Notes: a model not told the origin generated them from the letters alone. 64,000 nt of DNA from Chrysomallon squamiferum (GCA_012295275.1 CM022673.1:1116001-1180000); one strand, 5' to 3'; counted from the stretch's first letter, positions 15,049 through 30,165 are shown. Numbers and translations: made by a program.

Positions 15049-18000
15049 TTTTTATTTTTTGTTTGATCTAATTTTTAGTTAGTTAAAATAATAGTATTAT
15101 TAAATAAATAAAAGAAAATAAAGCAATGTTTTAAAAGCTGTTATAACTATTCAGTAATTTGTTTTATTTTAGTTCTTTAATAATAAACAAATTCTATTTT
15201 GCCAGATAATACTTTTCACTCCATCCATCCATTGCTTGATAAATGTAACTCTGCACATCCAAATAATAAATAAATAAATTAATTAATTAACTTACATAAA
15301 ATACATTTTAAAACTGTTTTCAATCCTGATTTTTACTATAACAACTAACTGAAAACACCATTTTTCTCAAATAATTTGTGAAGGTCATTATTATTATTTT
15401 TCTAAAATCTTATTTAAAAAGTATAGACAAATTGCTTTATTTTCTATTTATTTTATGTACACAAATATTTTTCTTTGTCACATTATTACTGTATATCACA
15501 CAAATGTAGCATGACAAATATCAATAATCATTTCTAAAGAAAATCAAAGCATATTTTTAAAAAACCCATAAAGAAATGACCAAAAAAAAAAAATCTTTAC
15601 AGAACCCTTGAAATGATTGTGCCATTTTTTTTTTTTATCTCAAAGTTATTTAAAAATAACATGTTGTTTGGTGGAGAATTTATATAAAATGACTGTATTT
15701 GTACTTGTATTTATGATCAAAATAATTTTTTTAACTAATTTTGCCTGATATTTCTGCATTCTTTTTTAAATGTCCACCCGCATCTATATGCATGCCTATA
15801 CCCACCCACCCAAAATGTTATTCATCAATCTGCTCTAAGTATAATTACACTCTATTAAAATACAATTCATCAGTTACATATAATAAATAAATCTATTCAT
15901 CTGTTAAGCAGTAGAATATATATCTTATTTTTTTCTCTAATATTTTTTTTAATTTATTCTTTTTTTAAATATTAATTTTTGTTTTGCAAACGAATGAAAA
16001 TAAAATTTTAACATATCACAAATGTTTAACTTTTTATTTCCACAACAACATGATTTTTATGGTTTCTTTTTGTTATCTACACAAACATGTTCTTTGGTAA
16101 AACTAATCATTATAATTTCTAGCTCATTCTTTTCTTCAGCCTAATTCCTTCAATAATGCGAGATTAAAATGTGCAAACAAAAAACAATCATATACAGAAG
16201 GCGATGACATAAAAAAGTGAAAATCAATGTGTGATTTACAGTGATCTCAACATCTGCAGCAGCTGCAGCTTTCAAAAACAACACAAGAAAAACAGTGAGA
16301 ACACACACAACACTGGCATAGAGTGTATTTCTCAAATACCAAGCTCTTATTGGATTATATTCGACTGGTTCCTAACACAGAGGTATTCATTCACAACAGT
16401 GAAAGAGTCAAGATGACAGTTTTTGTTCTTGGCTATTTAGAAAGTGAAAAGAGTGGACCTCAAGAGATAAAGTTTTTATTACTGAGAAAGAACCAGATAA
16501 ACAAATCTTACTGTCTTGTGCCAGGACAGATAATTATCTGAATCAACAGAAAAAATAACAAATGAAAACTGTAATTCTGAACATTATAAACATTCAAATC
16601 CTTCACTGTCAGTTATTATATATAATCTTGTCCTCTGATGGGATCAAAATTATTTTTAATCATTACAATTTAGAACATTAGCTTTTTATCCTTAGTACAA
16701 TTAAAATAAATAATTCACTAATCTTAATATCTAATTAAAAGATGGCTGGGTTTTTTTTTTGGGGGGGTTCTTTTCCATTTTTTCTGGAAGTTAACTATCT
16801 ATTTACAAACAGGCAGTTAAATTTATAAATGATTATTTCATCTCTTTTTTTTTTCTGCAACCCAAAATAAAACTTAGAATATGATTTAGAATTTTTTTTA
16901 AAGTTATTTAAAAATGGGTGAATAATCAGAACTAAATTGCAGGTTAAAATAACATATTTGTTTTTGCCATTTGTGTATCAGATAGATATTTATTTACATT
17001 TTTATGAAAAAGTCTGATAAAGATTCTTAAAAATATTTAAATAAACAAAGAATTACAACCTCAAATTCCTCACTTACCTCATTTACAAAAATGTTCCTTT
17101 TCAAACATCACAATGAATTCTAATAATTGGATTTCACAGAGATCAGTACAGAAGTCTGAAAAGATAAAATCAAATATGTTTGTATTAAAAAATCATTATG
17201 TGTTATTTAACCCAGAGTTCTAACAGTAACCTTTAATAATGGCATTTGAAAAGGACATCTCTGGTGTTTTTAATGATATTTATATCATAATTAGTACAAT
17301 ACAACATTAATAAAAACTGCCACCATTGTGAATCAGTGACATCTCTTCCATCAGCCTTGGAGGTCATTTTAAATTAAAAAAATAATTAACTATAAAAAAA
17401 ATTCTGCACTGACTTGAATTATTTTTATCAGTAACCATAAAAAATAAAAATTATTTATTTGTAACAGCATCAATACGTATCAAATAAAAATTATTTACTT
17501 AATTTTTTTTTCTATTTGCAGCTAATACATTTATCAATAATATTAACTAAATGTTATCTACATAAACCTTTCTTTATATAACTGCAACCATATTTATTAC
17601 TAGCAGTCTCAAATAAAAATAATTAATTCCTTATATTATATACATAATGCATTTAAATTTGCAACTGTCAATAATGATCCAGATGTAATTATTTTATATC
17701 TGTTTGTTATTATGTGCATGTAACTGTGGAATATCAAACAGATGAAATATGCAGACAATTACATGGGTGATGAAATGCAGTGAACTAATGATGAGGTAAA
17801 CAAGTTCACAACATTAACCAACTCGCACAACATTCTAAATATTGTAAAGTGAAAATGTCTCCAGTTAAAACAAAAAATACCAGTACTACAATATTCACAC
17901 TGATAGCAAAACAGCCTTTAAAATGGATGTGAAACAATAATTTGTTGTTACAAAAACCTGATTTATGATGTGTCAATTTAATAGTGAAAAAAAAATTAAA

Positions 18001-18424
18001 ACGTATTTTAAAAAATATATATATATATATATATATACATAAAATTACATAATATTCAGTTTAAAAATAAATAGATATATAAAGGAAAATAAATAGATAT
18101 AAAAAAGAAAATAAAGTTTGAAAACTGAAATTAATCCCAGTTATAAAACATAAAATAAAATAAGCTAGAAAAGAGATAAAAATGTCCAAAAATCTTTTAA
18201 TACATTTACCAGTGTATGTATATAAACTTTCAAATTACAAATCAATTACTTACATTTTTATTAAAAGTGAGTGGAAATGTTTTTAAATTTGACAAATATA
18301 AAAATGAGCCTGTGTGAATTCATAACTGGACATCAGTAATGTGGCAGTATTAATCAAAAATGAGAATCAGGTATTAACAGGTCACTCAATCCCATCACTG
18401 AATTGATTCTACATTCCACAAAGG

Positions 18425-19595
18425 AATTATAAAACTTACCATTTTATTTCACATACAAAGTCAAAGATATCAAAAATGTGTGGAACATGTTTTCACCAAA
18501 AAAAAACCTCTCAATACTCTTTTTGCAAAGCAGTTATATTTTAAATGTTTTTCCAAATCATATTTTAAAACATGAGAAATCTCTAATCTGGAAAAGGTCA
18601 ATGTTCAAAGTATCTTAAATGAATAACACTCAACAATTAAGGACTTTGTTATGTACAAAACAACTGAGAGACCAGCTTCTAGTTAGCAAGTTTACATTCA
18701 GACTCTGTTAGATTACGAACAATCTGAAATGATCAGGTTTATTACAGACCAAAACCTGATTCATTAATTAATTAAGTTTACCTTATGGACAAATTAAACT
18801 AGTAACAATTCAAAATGTGGATGAATTTGCTCTGGACAATACAGCTGGTGAACGAAAATTTAACAGTTACCGAGTTTGGTTACTGGATGTATTAAACAGT
18901 GAACTGTTAATATCTGAATACATTTTCTGTGGACAAAATAGCTGGTGGACCAGTGAGCAGTTACTGAATCTACGTATGACGTACTAGTTAATCAAACTAC
19001 CAGTAATTGTACTGTGGATGGTTTCTATCAGGATGAAAGGACAAAACAACAGTTGGTCTCACAAATGGATAAACATTTCTTACTTTTAAGGTAACGTTAA
19101 AAATTACTTATTCTTCTTGCAGTATTTTTTCTTCTATTTTCTGTTTATATATATTTAAAACAAAAGAGTGTGATACATAATTGTTATCTATAGTGTAACA
19201 TTAGAAATGACGTATTTAGTTATTATATTATAACCTCATCAAGAAAATAATATATGAGCACTTTAAAATATATTCAGAAAATCAATGGTGTGCGTTTGTG
19301 TGTGAAAGTGTGTGTAATAAACTCAAAACAGTTTTGACAAGACTGTAACTCAAAGACTTTTTAAATAAGGTAATATCATAAATACGTAATATTTAATCTT
19401 CTACATCAAGTAAAGCTATAATTATAAAACTTAGAAGATTCATCATTTTGTTTCAATTACAAAGTCAAAGATAACAAAAATGTGTGCAAAATTTTATCCA
19501 AGATAAAAATTCTCAAAACTCTCTTTGTAAAGCACAAACATTATGCAAGCAGTTATATTCTAAATATTTTTCAAATCACATTTCAAAACAGAGAA
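18425..19595 (+). repeat. Pair of diverged ~160-bp direct repeats (18425-18578, 19420-19595) about 1 kb apart
   Basis: Shared attataaaactta...tacaaagtcaaagata.caaaaatgtgtg...ctcaa.actct.tttg.aaagca...gcagttatatt.taaat.tttt...aaatca.attt.aaaaca. Confidence 0.75.
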
Positions 19596-20087
19596 CAATC
19601 AAAGTTTTATGCTGTTAATAATTTGGCAATCAAGTGTTATCTTTAACAGACAAGCAGAGGGCTTATCTTCAGCTAAAACGCTAAAAAGAAAATCTTCATA
19701 AAAAAAAGTCACATAATAAATTGTCTTAATTTTTGTCAATAACAAAACTGGCAATGAAATTCTGCAGGTTAAGGTCACAATATTGGAATGTTCAACAGAA
19801 ACATGCACAGAAATGCCAGCAACTTTTATTTTAGCTAAAGCATAAAGAAAACTAACTATGTGTAATTTTGGTTGTTTTCAAGACAAAATTCATACAAACT
19901 GATAATATAAAGGTATAAATACATGAATGTCATATCAATACATTTTAAATTATTTCTGTTATGGCTTTTTAAAATAGATATATTGTGCCATAGTTTTAAT
20001 TTAATTAATCTTTACTTAACATATTTGTTTGGGAATCCAGTATCCATAAATACAAAAAGTACAATTATAATTACAGTTCAATTTAAA

Positions 20088-20118
<31 letters not shown>

Positions 20119-22114
20119 CATTCATCAACCCACTTTTATTACTTGAACTGGAGTACAAATAAAGACTGTTACATATAATAAATTGAAAAGACAAAAAAAA
20201 AAAAAAAAAAAAAGGATGGTTTTACTCCCATGTTTTATTAACCTCACAGCAACAAAGTTGAAGCGAGTCCAAATTAAAAACTGTGTTTTACTTTTCAATC
20301 AACAACAAACAGAGCTCTCTGGAGCTGACCAGGCCTGCCACCAACTTTGTGACTTCAGCCTCTCCTTTTATTTGTATTCATCCAACGACACAGTGACAGG
20401 CTCCTTGTTTCACTTGTTTGCAGACACCTTGCCATGAAGTTCAAGAAATCAACACTAGTCATCTGAATGTTAAAAATACCAAGTGCAATCACACAGAGAC
20501 CAATTTAGTGTGCTTGACCCTCAATCTTTGTTAAAATGTGGAACCTGAAGAATACGTAGCACCTGCTGTTTCGGCTTTCAGTCTCGTTTTTCTGTTTGTA
20601 CACATTAACTGGATACTGTAACCGTGCTGGGAATTAGTTATTAAACTGTCGTGTGCTACTACTGTGACACAGTAATTGACAGAGAATTTTAAAATTGTCA
20701 AAGTGGACCAGTAACATTTGCATGCAATAAGCTGTTTGAGTTACCTGATACATGTGAAACGTTTTCTGTTTAATTTTTTTTAAACTACTTTTTTTTTTTT
20801 CCCATTTAATTTTACTATTTTAAATTTTTTCATGAGGTTCTTATTCTTCTGGTATATTTTCCTACTCTTTTTCACTTTAATTATTTAAATTGTTATAAAA
20901 TTTATATTTAAAAAAATACAAAGAAAAAAAAAAAAGAAAAAACACAAGCAATATACTTAGATATATTTCATACTATATTAACATAAATCATAATCATTAC
21001 TTTTTTTTTAAAAATACTGCCTTACCAGTATAATATAATTTGTTGAAATGCTTCTGTAAAACATATTTTTTTATCATGGTCTTTCAAATGTATTGAAATA
21101 TTCTTCACAGATTTGTGCATGAATGTTTTTTTACTTTTCTGGAAGGCAAATAAATAAAACTTTTAAAAAAAAATTAATTTTTTTTTTAGGAATAAATGAA
21201 AAACAAATTCAGGATTAATTAATGATTATCCAGAGTAGATTGGATTGGAATTTAATTTAATTTCTAACTGAAAGATACTTGACAGATTATAATTAATTAA
21301 TTTTCAATTAATTCTTATATACATGTGTATAAAAATGCAAACAACAAATGCATATCTTATTTGAAATAACAAAAAAAATAATTAAATTTTTTTTTAAATA
21401 TATTTACATGGAAAGATAGTAAGCATCCAGCTTTAACATTATAACAAGTACTGAAATAAGGATTTCAGTTTTAATAAGGTAAAGTTAACATTTACATAAT
21501 AAATGAAAAAAACCTTTTATATATATATATATATGTATGTATATATACACACACACTAAATACAATTTATTAAAACATTTTAATTTCTGAATTCCAAATA
21601 TGTTTTTAATTATACATTTACTTTACTATTTATATTAGAAAACAGGAGAGGCAGCAGTATCTTGTGAGGATATTCTAAACATGGAAACAAAAATAAAACA
21701 AGCTGGAAAGAGTTCCCTCCCTTCTCTATATCTATTAACAATGGTTACAATGATAGAAATAATAAGGAATAAGTTATTTATTTGTAAATTTATTTAATAC
21801 TATAATATTACTATTATAGTTATGATCAGTAACATTATAAATAAATAAGATTAATCAAATGATCATAAATGATAAATGATGAGTGTTCCAATAAATTTTA
21901 TAAAACAGATTCTTATTCATCTATAAAAGGTAATTTCACTGTAGCAGAATGTGCAAAAAATAATTATTATCATTAAACAGAAAATGTATCTTAATGTTAT
22001 TTTATTCATGAATGCGCATTATCATATATTTTCTGCTTACGTTATTTAGAAATAATGCACTTCATAGTTAATATCTTAGTGACATATTTTCTTAGTTTGC
22101 TGATGTATGTTCAC

Positions 22115-22147
<33 letters not shown>

Positions 22148-22539
22148 GCACACACATATTATTATTACTTACATAGAAAGACAAATAGATACTTTATATC
22201 TAATTTTTACTTTTTCGATTTTTGTTTTATTTGTTGTGTGTTTAAATGAACTGCAACACAAATTAATCAATGATTTACACAAAACATTTATAAAAAATCA
22301 AAAATGCTAATAATGCGAACTTAAATCATTATCTAATTCTATATAACAATATTAATTATCATTTAATTTATTACCTACTGTTAATGTCACATTAAAATAA
22401 TAATAGTATTATAAGTATTAGTAACAACAACACTGAACACAAATTCAAGTGAAATTACATGCTTTAATGTTTCAGTTTAAAATAACTATAAGGCCATACT
22501 TTGCAAATAAACATAAACAAATATCCCACAGATGGATCT

Positions 22540-22942
22540 TGTGGGAACTTTGTGAGCATGATACCACAGAATGTACAGCAAAGCGGTGTACGTAATATCG
22601 ATTTACTCAATCATAAATGATAAATTCGCCGGTTACCTCGCACCTGTTGGGTGGCACTTTAAAAACATTATTCACAATCAGTACATTTTTAGCAACATTC
22701 AGCGTTCGACATACTGCACAGAGAAGAAAAAATATTAAACAGAACTGCAAGTAAAATTACCCAAGCATAAAATTTCATTCCATTCTTCTTTCTGCGTATT
22801 CTAAATATGATATAAATAAATAAAAATGGTAGAATCAAAGCGGAAGTAATAGTGATGCAGTTCATGGAATATCTCGACCGATTCCGGTTCCGGTTCATTT
22901 ACAGCAGACAATAAACAAATTGTCCCATTTGGACCACTGAGC

Positions 22943-22988
<46 letters not shown>

Positions 22989-23070
22989 TTATTAACTTGA
23001 TTCAAGGACATGCATTTTGATTGCTAACGTTATTGCTGATATTCGAACAATATGCTTCCGTACTGACAGT
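22540..23070 (-). promoter_or_regulatory. CpG-retaining promoter/first-exon region of the left-hand minus-strand gene
   Basis: CpG rises abruptly after ~22 kb of CpG-poor DNA. ETS-type CGGAAGT at 22841 and tandem TTCCGGTTCCGG near 22882. Minus-strand donor candidates CGAG|GTAACC and ACAG|GTGCGA near 22632-22645. Confidence 0.5.
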
Positions 23071-23304
23071 TATCTAGAATAGATGAAAATTGAGTGTTCT
23101 TATACTGATCACAGAAATAATAACTTATGAATATGAAAGAGCTCACAAAATGCTAAAATTAAAATGTATATAAATATCAAAATTAATGCTAACATTGATT
23201 TTGTTACTTTAAAAATATAATATTATTATTTCTTCGGATAGAGAAGAATTCTAAGAAGTGTCTTAATTGGTTTAAAAATTAACTAAGTTAAAATGTATCA
23301 TAGG

Positions 23305-23387
23305 TTGAATGGTTGTGGAATGTGTGCAATGTAACCATCAATGGGAAGCATTGATGGTTACATTGCACACATTCCACAACCATTCAA
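23305..23387. repeat. Perfect 39-bp inverted repeat with a 5-nt loop
   Basis: TTGAATGGTTGTGGAATGTGTGCAATGTAACCATCAATG-ggaag-CATTGATGGTTACATTGCACACATTCCACAACCATTCAA. Confidence 0.95.
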
Positions 23388-23815
23388 AAAATGAGATCAG
23401 GAACGTCCAACAATCCTAAAAATATTATATAGGTTAAATATATTAATCATTATTTAGAGAGATAATGGACTTTGTATCGAACAGAATTACAGATCGATCG
23501 ACAAAAATTGTTATTACAATGACTATGGTGTATATTGCGTGTATATTGCATATCCAACAATTTGGTTTTTGTTGTTGTTCTGGGGATGGTTTTCAACTAA
23601 TTTTAATTAATCGTCAAAATTTAATATTAGTAACAAAGTGGGAAGATTAAACTAGTGACGTAAATGATTATTTCAGATGTTTAGGAGTAAATATATCTCC
23701 GAATATAACGATAATTTTACACACGTACGCAAAAACATATATTATTATTATCATCATCATCATTGTTGTTATTATTATTATTGTTGAATTGTTTCTTCGT
23801 TTGTTTTTTTCTTTT

Positions 23816-23872
<57 letters not shown>

Positions 23873-24394
23873 AAATTAATTATTTATTTTATATATTTAA
23901 ATAGCCCTAGGTTAGGATTGTACATTTTAATGGTTCTATGTTTATGAAATATTACTGTCAAAGATAAAATTTAAAATGAATCTGTTCCGTCCATCCGTCC
24001 ATGGGCATAAGGGAACAATTATGGTTATTCATAAACATAGTTATATTATTTTATTGTTTTAATTATTTATTATTATTATTATTATTATAATTATTATTAT
24101 TATTATTATTATTTTAATGGTGTATTTGATAAATGATACATTTAATAATCCGTCCATCCGTCCATTGGACAATGAAATCCATCAGTAAACACAGAGAATA
24201 TAAGATGTTTCTTGCAATAATAATAATTTACATACGTACATACTATATACATACTTAAATGCAAACAGACAGTTAGATATATAAATACAATTAAATCACA
24301 AGCAAAAGTTAGAACAATTTTCAAATTAGGATGTCCTTTACTTTATACGATATTGAACAATTCAGCAGATTTAAATTCATTTAAGAGAGTATTT

Positions 24395-24760
24395 ATTGAT
24401 GGTGATAATGACGACGACGACGACGACAACAATAATAATAACAGTTTTGATTACGATAGAAGCAGTAGCAGCAGCAATAGTAATATTATTAGAATTAGTA
24501 GTAGTAGTAGTATAGTAATAGTAGAAGCAGCAGTAGTAGCAGTACTAATGGCAGTAGTCGTAGCAGCAGTAGTAGCAGTACTAATGGCAGTAGTCGTAGT
24601 AACAAGAAGTAACAGAATAGTAATTATATTACTGTTATAGTAGTAGTAGTAGTCGAAGTAACGACAGAAGTAGTTGTAGTAGTAACAGAAGAAGTAGTAG
24701 ACGTAGCAGTAGCAGCATAATAATTATAGTAGTAGAAACTGAAGTAAAGAGTAATAATAA
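24395..24760. repeat. Compound trinucleotide low-complexity tract (GAC/AAT/AGT/AGC)
   Basis: Mixed (gac)n, (aat)n and (agt/agc)n with an internal ~33-bp duplication; it explains the spurious ORF 24353-24640. Confidence 0.85.
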
Positions 24761-27152
24761 TTTTTATATATTTAAAATGTGTGTGTGTGTGTGTGTGTAA
24801 TTTTTAAAAATACCATTTCCTTCGTCGAAAGTCAAAAGTGCACACTAACGCATGGCCATGGCATTTGGGCATATACATGGTTACTCGAGAACACATAATT
24901 ATGTGGATACACAAGAAAAACAACAGATGCATAAACACTGCCAGTCGTATTAACTGAACTTGGTTATCATCGAAACTTCAACAAATCAAGTTTAACACAC
25001 CAATAATATATTACTTCTATTTCGAAGAGGAAAAGTGTGTAATTTGAATCTACACATGGAATTTCTGAGCAAATTACGTTGGCGTGAAACTGTCACGAAA
25101 TATTTCACAACTAGATGATATTCTCGGGGAAAAAAAAAGAAAGAAAAAAGAAGAAGCATTGGAGAAAATTAACAATAAGAAAAACAAATCTATCTATTTA
25201 TATATTTGTACCGGTTCTGTTATTATTAAGGCGGAAATTAGTCAAAAAAGAAACGGACATACAACTTAATGCTTCAGTTATGCCTTAAAATGTGTAACAT
25301 TAGATACCTGAAATAGAACTTATGAATGTATTTTTGTTTCGAAATTTGATATCAAGGATCTAAATTTGATTCAGTCAGTAAACCGTTTTGAAAGTGAGAA
25401 ATGTTTTTTTTAAATTATTTTTGTTTTTATTTTTGTTTTATTTTTATTCTTTTAATGCAAAGGGTTAGTTTTGTTTTTCGTTTTGTTTTTGTTTTGTTTT
25501 TATTTTGTTTCACGTTGTTTTTTCCGAATTTTAATAGTAAATTTTGGTTCATTTGTCATTCTTAGGTTTTACATCAGTTTTTCATAAATAAATAATAACA
25601 ATGGCTATCACCATCATCATTATCATCATTATTAGTATCTTCATCATCATCATTGTCATTATTAGTGCCAGTAGTTATAATGGCAGTAGTGGTAGTAGTG
25701 GTAGTAAACCCACAGTGCCCATTTTCGTTTGACAGGTGCAAAATAAAGGTAACAGGTGATGAGAGAAGGAAGATCCGTTATCTTCTGTTTCTTCTAGGGA
25801 TGGTTCGAATATATGAAATTCTTTGATGATCACCATTATAAATATCCCACTGAATAATAATGCCAGATTACCTGCTTCAAATATATCATCTTTTAAAAAA
25901 AACAACAAAAAGGATACACCTACAGTATTTAATAATTCAGATACTTATATTTATTAGTATATATATATATATTTTTTTTTTTTTAAATGATCTAAATTTA
26001 TTGATAAATTAAGATATTACACCGTACAGGTAGCAATAATTTATAACAAGCATTGTATTAGGACAAGCAATAATAATAATAATATTGAAACAACAATAAT
26101 AATAATAATAACAACAACAACGACAACAAAAATAACAACGATAATTATGATTACTATTGTTGTTATTAACACTATTGGCATATTATTTTTTTGCTATTAT
26201 TATTATTATTATTAGTAGTAGTAGTAGTAGTAGTAGCAGTAGTAGTAGTAGTACACAAATGCTACAGTTAATAAATATAATGAAATAAATAAAAAAATTC
26301 TGACACTAAAAAGAAATTGTAAAATCGAATCAATGTCTAAAGTAATAATTACATGCACAGAGAGACATACGAAAACACACACGTACATATGTAGAGAAAG
26401 ACTCAAACAAACAGACAAACACATACACTAGAGGCAGACACACACTCACTCACGATATACAACTTAAACGCAAGTATAGGAATGCTGAATACAAATTAAA
26501 TACATATACAAACACATACATACATACATACACGATAAATACAATTTAAAAACACACACACACACACACACACACATGCACACACAATTTATGCTTATTT
26601 TTAAGTTATGACCTAAATGTATAATCTGATACAGCTAAAATAAATCGGTTATGAGATTTCTTGATCTATTATCACAAGTGGGGCATTCTCGTCTGCATTT
26701 ATCTTAATTATCCACTTTTGATAACTTTTATTTTCCCTTTCATTTTAATCACATGTGTATTTATTAATTTTTGCTTGTCAGTCTCAAAATAATCTTTAAC
26801 TGTTTTCTTTTTAGAATAGAGAAGAGAGGATGAATAAACGAGAGTGAAAGAAAAATCATCAGAGGGTGCTACAATGATATCATGCATGTGTTTGCGTGCG
26901 CATTAACGTGCGTGAATGTGAATATGAGAGAGTCGTAGACAAGGAGACAGAGACTGAGGAAATTAAGTATAAGAAAGAAAATTATTCAATGATTAACACG
27001 AAAGCTTCTTAATTTGCTCAAACCAAATGAATTGACATTCCTTTATTAACGAAATTATTCATTCGTCAGCTTAATAATAATAAACAAAATTATCAACCTT
27101 GTTCAAAATCATTTCTTTAGACAATATATAAACACACTTTCTATGTTTTGTC

Positions 27153-27187
<35 letters not shown>

Positions 27188-28065
27188 TTATTATTATTAT
27201 TATTTTTATTATGTTCAGTTTTTTTTTTTACCGTAAATGCTTTTTAACAATTATACGATATCATTTTATTTTCAGTAATGAAAACATTGAAAAAAAAAAA
27301 TAATAAAAAAAAAAATAATAATAAAAAATAAAAAATATCCAATAGGCTGTTTAAATATTAAAACTGAGAACGCTCCAGTTGTAAGTCTGATTCTTAGCAT
27401 GAGAAGACTTGTCAGTTTTAAGCGTAAAATAACACTGACGGAAGATAAAGAGTTATCTGGTATCCGTTTACGAAAAGGATGTGTTACACCAACAACGATT
27501 TGTTCCTTTTGTTTCTTCTTTACGACGATGTGCATTAGAAAAACCTGATAGTTTAAGCATTCCCTGTATTCTTAATTGTGTATAGGAAACTATTTCCGAA
27601 CCGGTTTTCAAAGTCACTGTTTCTAATTCTTCTCTTTTTAGATTTTAAATTATTTTTTTTTTTTTAATTGAGGGTGGATATAAATGTTCACCTATTAGTT
27701 TTAACTTTAGAAAAAAAAATAAAAATAATAATAATCTTTAAAATATATTATTTAAAAAAAAAATATATATATATATAGAAATAGAAATAAAACACTGAGA
27801 CTTTTAAAACATTTATACCGTTAATGTATGTATGTATGTATGTATGTATGTATGTATGTATGTGTGTATTTTTAGAATTTTGAATATTCTCTGTCTTATG
27901 TACTTCTGATTAAACTCTGTGCGTAGTCAGTAGGCGGGAACGCATGGACCCAGGAAGACAAAGTCCATTTATGACGACACAAACCCCGTAGACGCCGTTG
28001 ACGAGAAGGTGGATGTCATCCACGTTACCATTCCCCTGAAGCACGCAGTTCTTTTGTCATTCGTC

Positions 28066-28113
<48 letters not shown>

Positions 28114-28343
28114 GTGCGTGTGAGTGTGTCTGGGTGTGCAAGTATGTATGTATTTGTCTATAAGTATGTGTGTTCTTGCAGTTGTTTCTGTCTCTCACAT
28201 ACACACGTATTCATCTATTTGAAATATTTCAGCGAAGTTTAAACATAATGGCTTTATCAAAATTTTCTGTTACACAAAATAACTAAACGGAGAATACGAA
28301 TATTCATATCTTTTTAAAATATAACTAGACACAATATCTTTAA

Positions 28344-28369
<26 letters not shown>

Positions 28370-28376
<7 letters not shown>

Positions 28377-28715
28377 AATAAAGACAATATAACTGTCATA
28401 ATGTAGAAAAGGAAAAAAAAAATTAAAAAGAAAAATTATTAAATAATGTATGTCATCTGTAAAATATCAGATCGGCTATAGGAACTCATGCAGGATTATA
28501 TTATTATTATTATTATGTTTTTAATTTATACAAAAACAACAACAATCAAAAAAGAAAACAAACACAAAAAAAGTGTCGTAACTTGGATAATACAGAGTAG
28601 ACATCTGCAACATTTTGTTGTATAGATTTCTTCTTCAACGACACCACATTCATTTCTATGAACATTAAAATATTACTCAAATTCCTGAGTAAAATATTAA
28701 AAGAAATAATAATAA
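28370..28715 (+). repeat. Dispersed ~340-bp repeat, copy 1 (diverged interspersed element)
   Basis: Colinear with 42965-43300: gtaaaatatcagat..gc.atag.aactcatgca.ga.tata...acttggataataca.agta...tctatgaaca.taaaatatt. Confidence 0.8.
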
Positions 28716-29843
28716 TAACAATATAAATTCAGATTTGTAGATTGTAAATTTCATGATACAAATATTTTGCTTTTCACCGAGAAGAGGCAAATTAGAAGTG
28801 GTAGCAGTAGTTATAGTAGTCACGGTTTTAACTACACTGAGGCAAATGCCTCATACCGAAATTGGCCATTTTTATCATTTAATTTTATTTATTTATTTAT
28901 TTATTTAGATTTTAATACAAAGATTTTATTTTAAAAATATAAAATATAAATCTCTGTTCCGATTGCAAAAACGACATCCGCTGAATGAATTCGTTTTTAT
29001 CTGCGGTTACCGTTTGAAGCTGGAACTTCTGGGGGCCTTTATTACGGCTTTGGTAGTGATAATAAAACTAGTGGCATTTGAAGTACTAACAACGAGGATT
29101 GTAATTATCGAAAAAAAAAAAAAAAAGGAAAAAAGGAAACATTTTATTTAATGACGAAATGACAAGTTTTTTAACTGATAGTTATGTTATGTCGTGCATA
29201 AGATTAAGAAATATTAATGGATAATAATCACAAACATAAAAAAAAAAAAAAATAAATAAAAAAATACATTTTTAAAATTTCAGATTACATCAGTATCGCC
29301 GAGCATCGTAAGTAGCGGAATACGATATCCTCCGATATTTGCGATGGTTATTTATAGATTGTATTTGTTGTGGGCGAAGGTTTATCTCCTGTAACTGCGG
29401 GTCGTAACGTGATAACCGGTATTAAGTATCAAAACGTACATAAAAAAGATACACTAAACCGCGATGAAAACGAAAATGAAAGATACGACTTAATTAGGAT
29501 TGTCTGTTGATACTTTTACAACTGTTAACGTCTGTAACAAAAAAGAAAAAAAAAAAGTAAAGAAAAGAAAAAAAAGAAAAAAAAAGAAGGAAACATCCCC
29601 AAAAAGAAAGAAAATTTGATTTTTTTAAAAAGAAAAAAAGGGAAACAAAACCAAACCAAACAACGACAAAATAATCATAATAATAAATAAATAAATAAAT
29701 AATAAAAATAATATATAAATAAATAAATCCAAAAACAATTAAAAACAACAAAAAAAAAAAAAAAAACTACTACTAATATGAATACTAATACTAATACTAC
29801 AACGAAAACATTGACGATGGTGATGATGATGATGATGATGATC

Positions 29844-29877
<34 letters not shown>

Positions 29878-30165
29878 CAACAACAACAACAACAACATAT
29901 TTCAGTAACAAAGATTCAGTTTATACAAATAATATATATTTTATTTTAAGAAGGCCAAAATTTCACGAATTGAATATGACGAAAATATAGGTAAACACTT
30001 TTCTTGTCAATCTTGATATTTTGCACGTGTTAACTACTCCTTTATTTTATAACGAAACATATTCCTTACAACCAAAGACCCAAACCCAGAGAAGGATCCA
30101 ACATTACAAAAAAGAAGATGTCTTTATGAAGACTGGTTAAAGTTTCAGTATGAAACATATATCTG

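Noticed and set aside
22523-22547. ATCCCACA...TGTGGGAA as a Su(H) paired site (SPS)
   Set aside because: The orientation is opposite to the head-to-head SPS, the spacing is too short, and one site is imperfect.
23818-23875. Poly-T followed by poly-A forming a hairpin
   Set aside because: A homopolymer juxtaposition in low-complexity sequence.
25798-25857. Acceptor-like site followed by GWFEYMKFFDDHHYKYPTE*
   Set aside because: An isolated short frame with no partner exon found.
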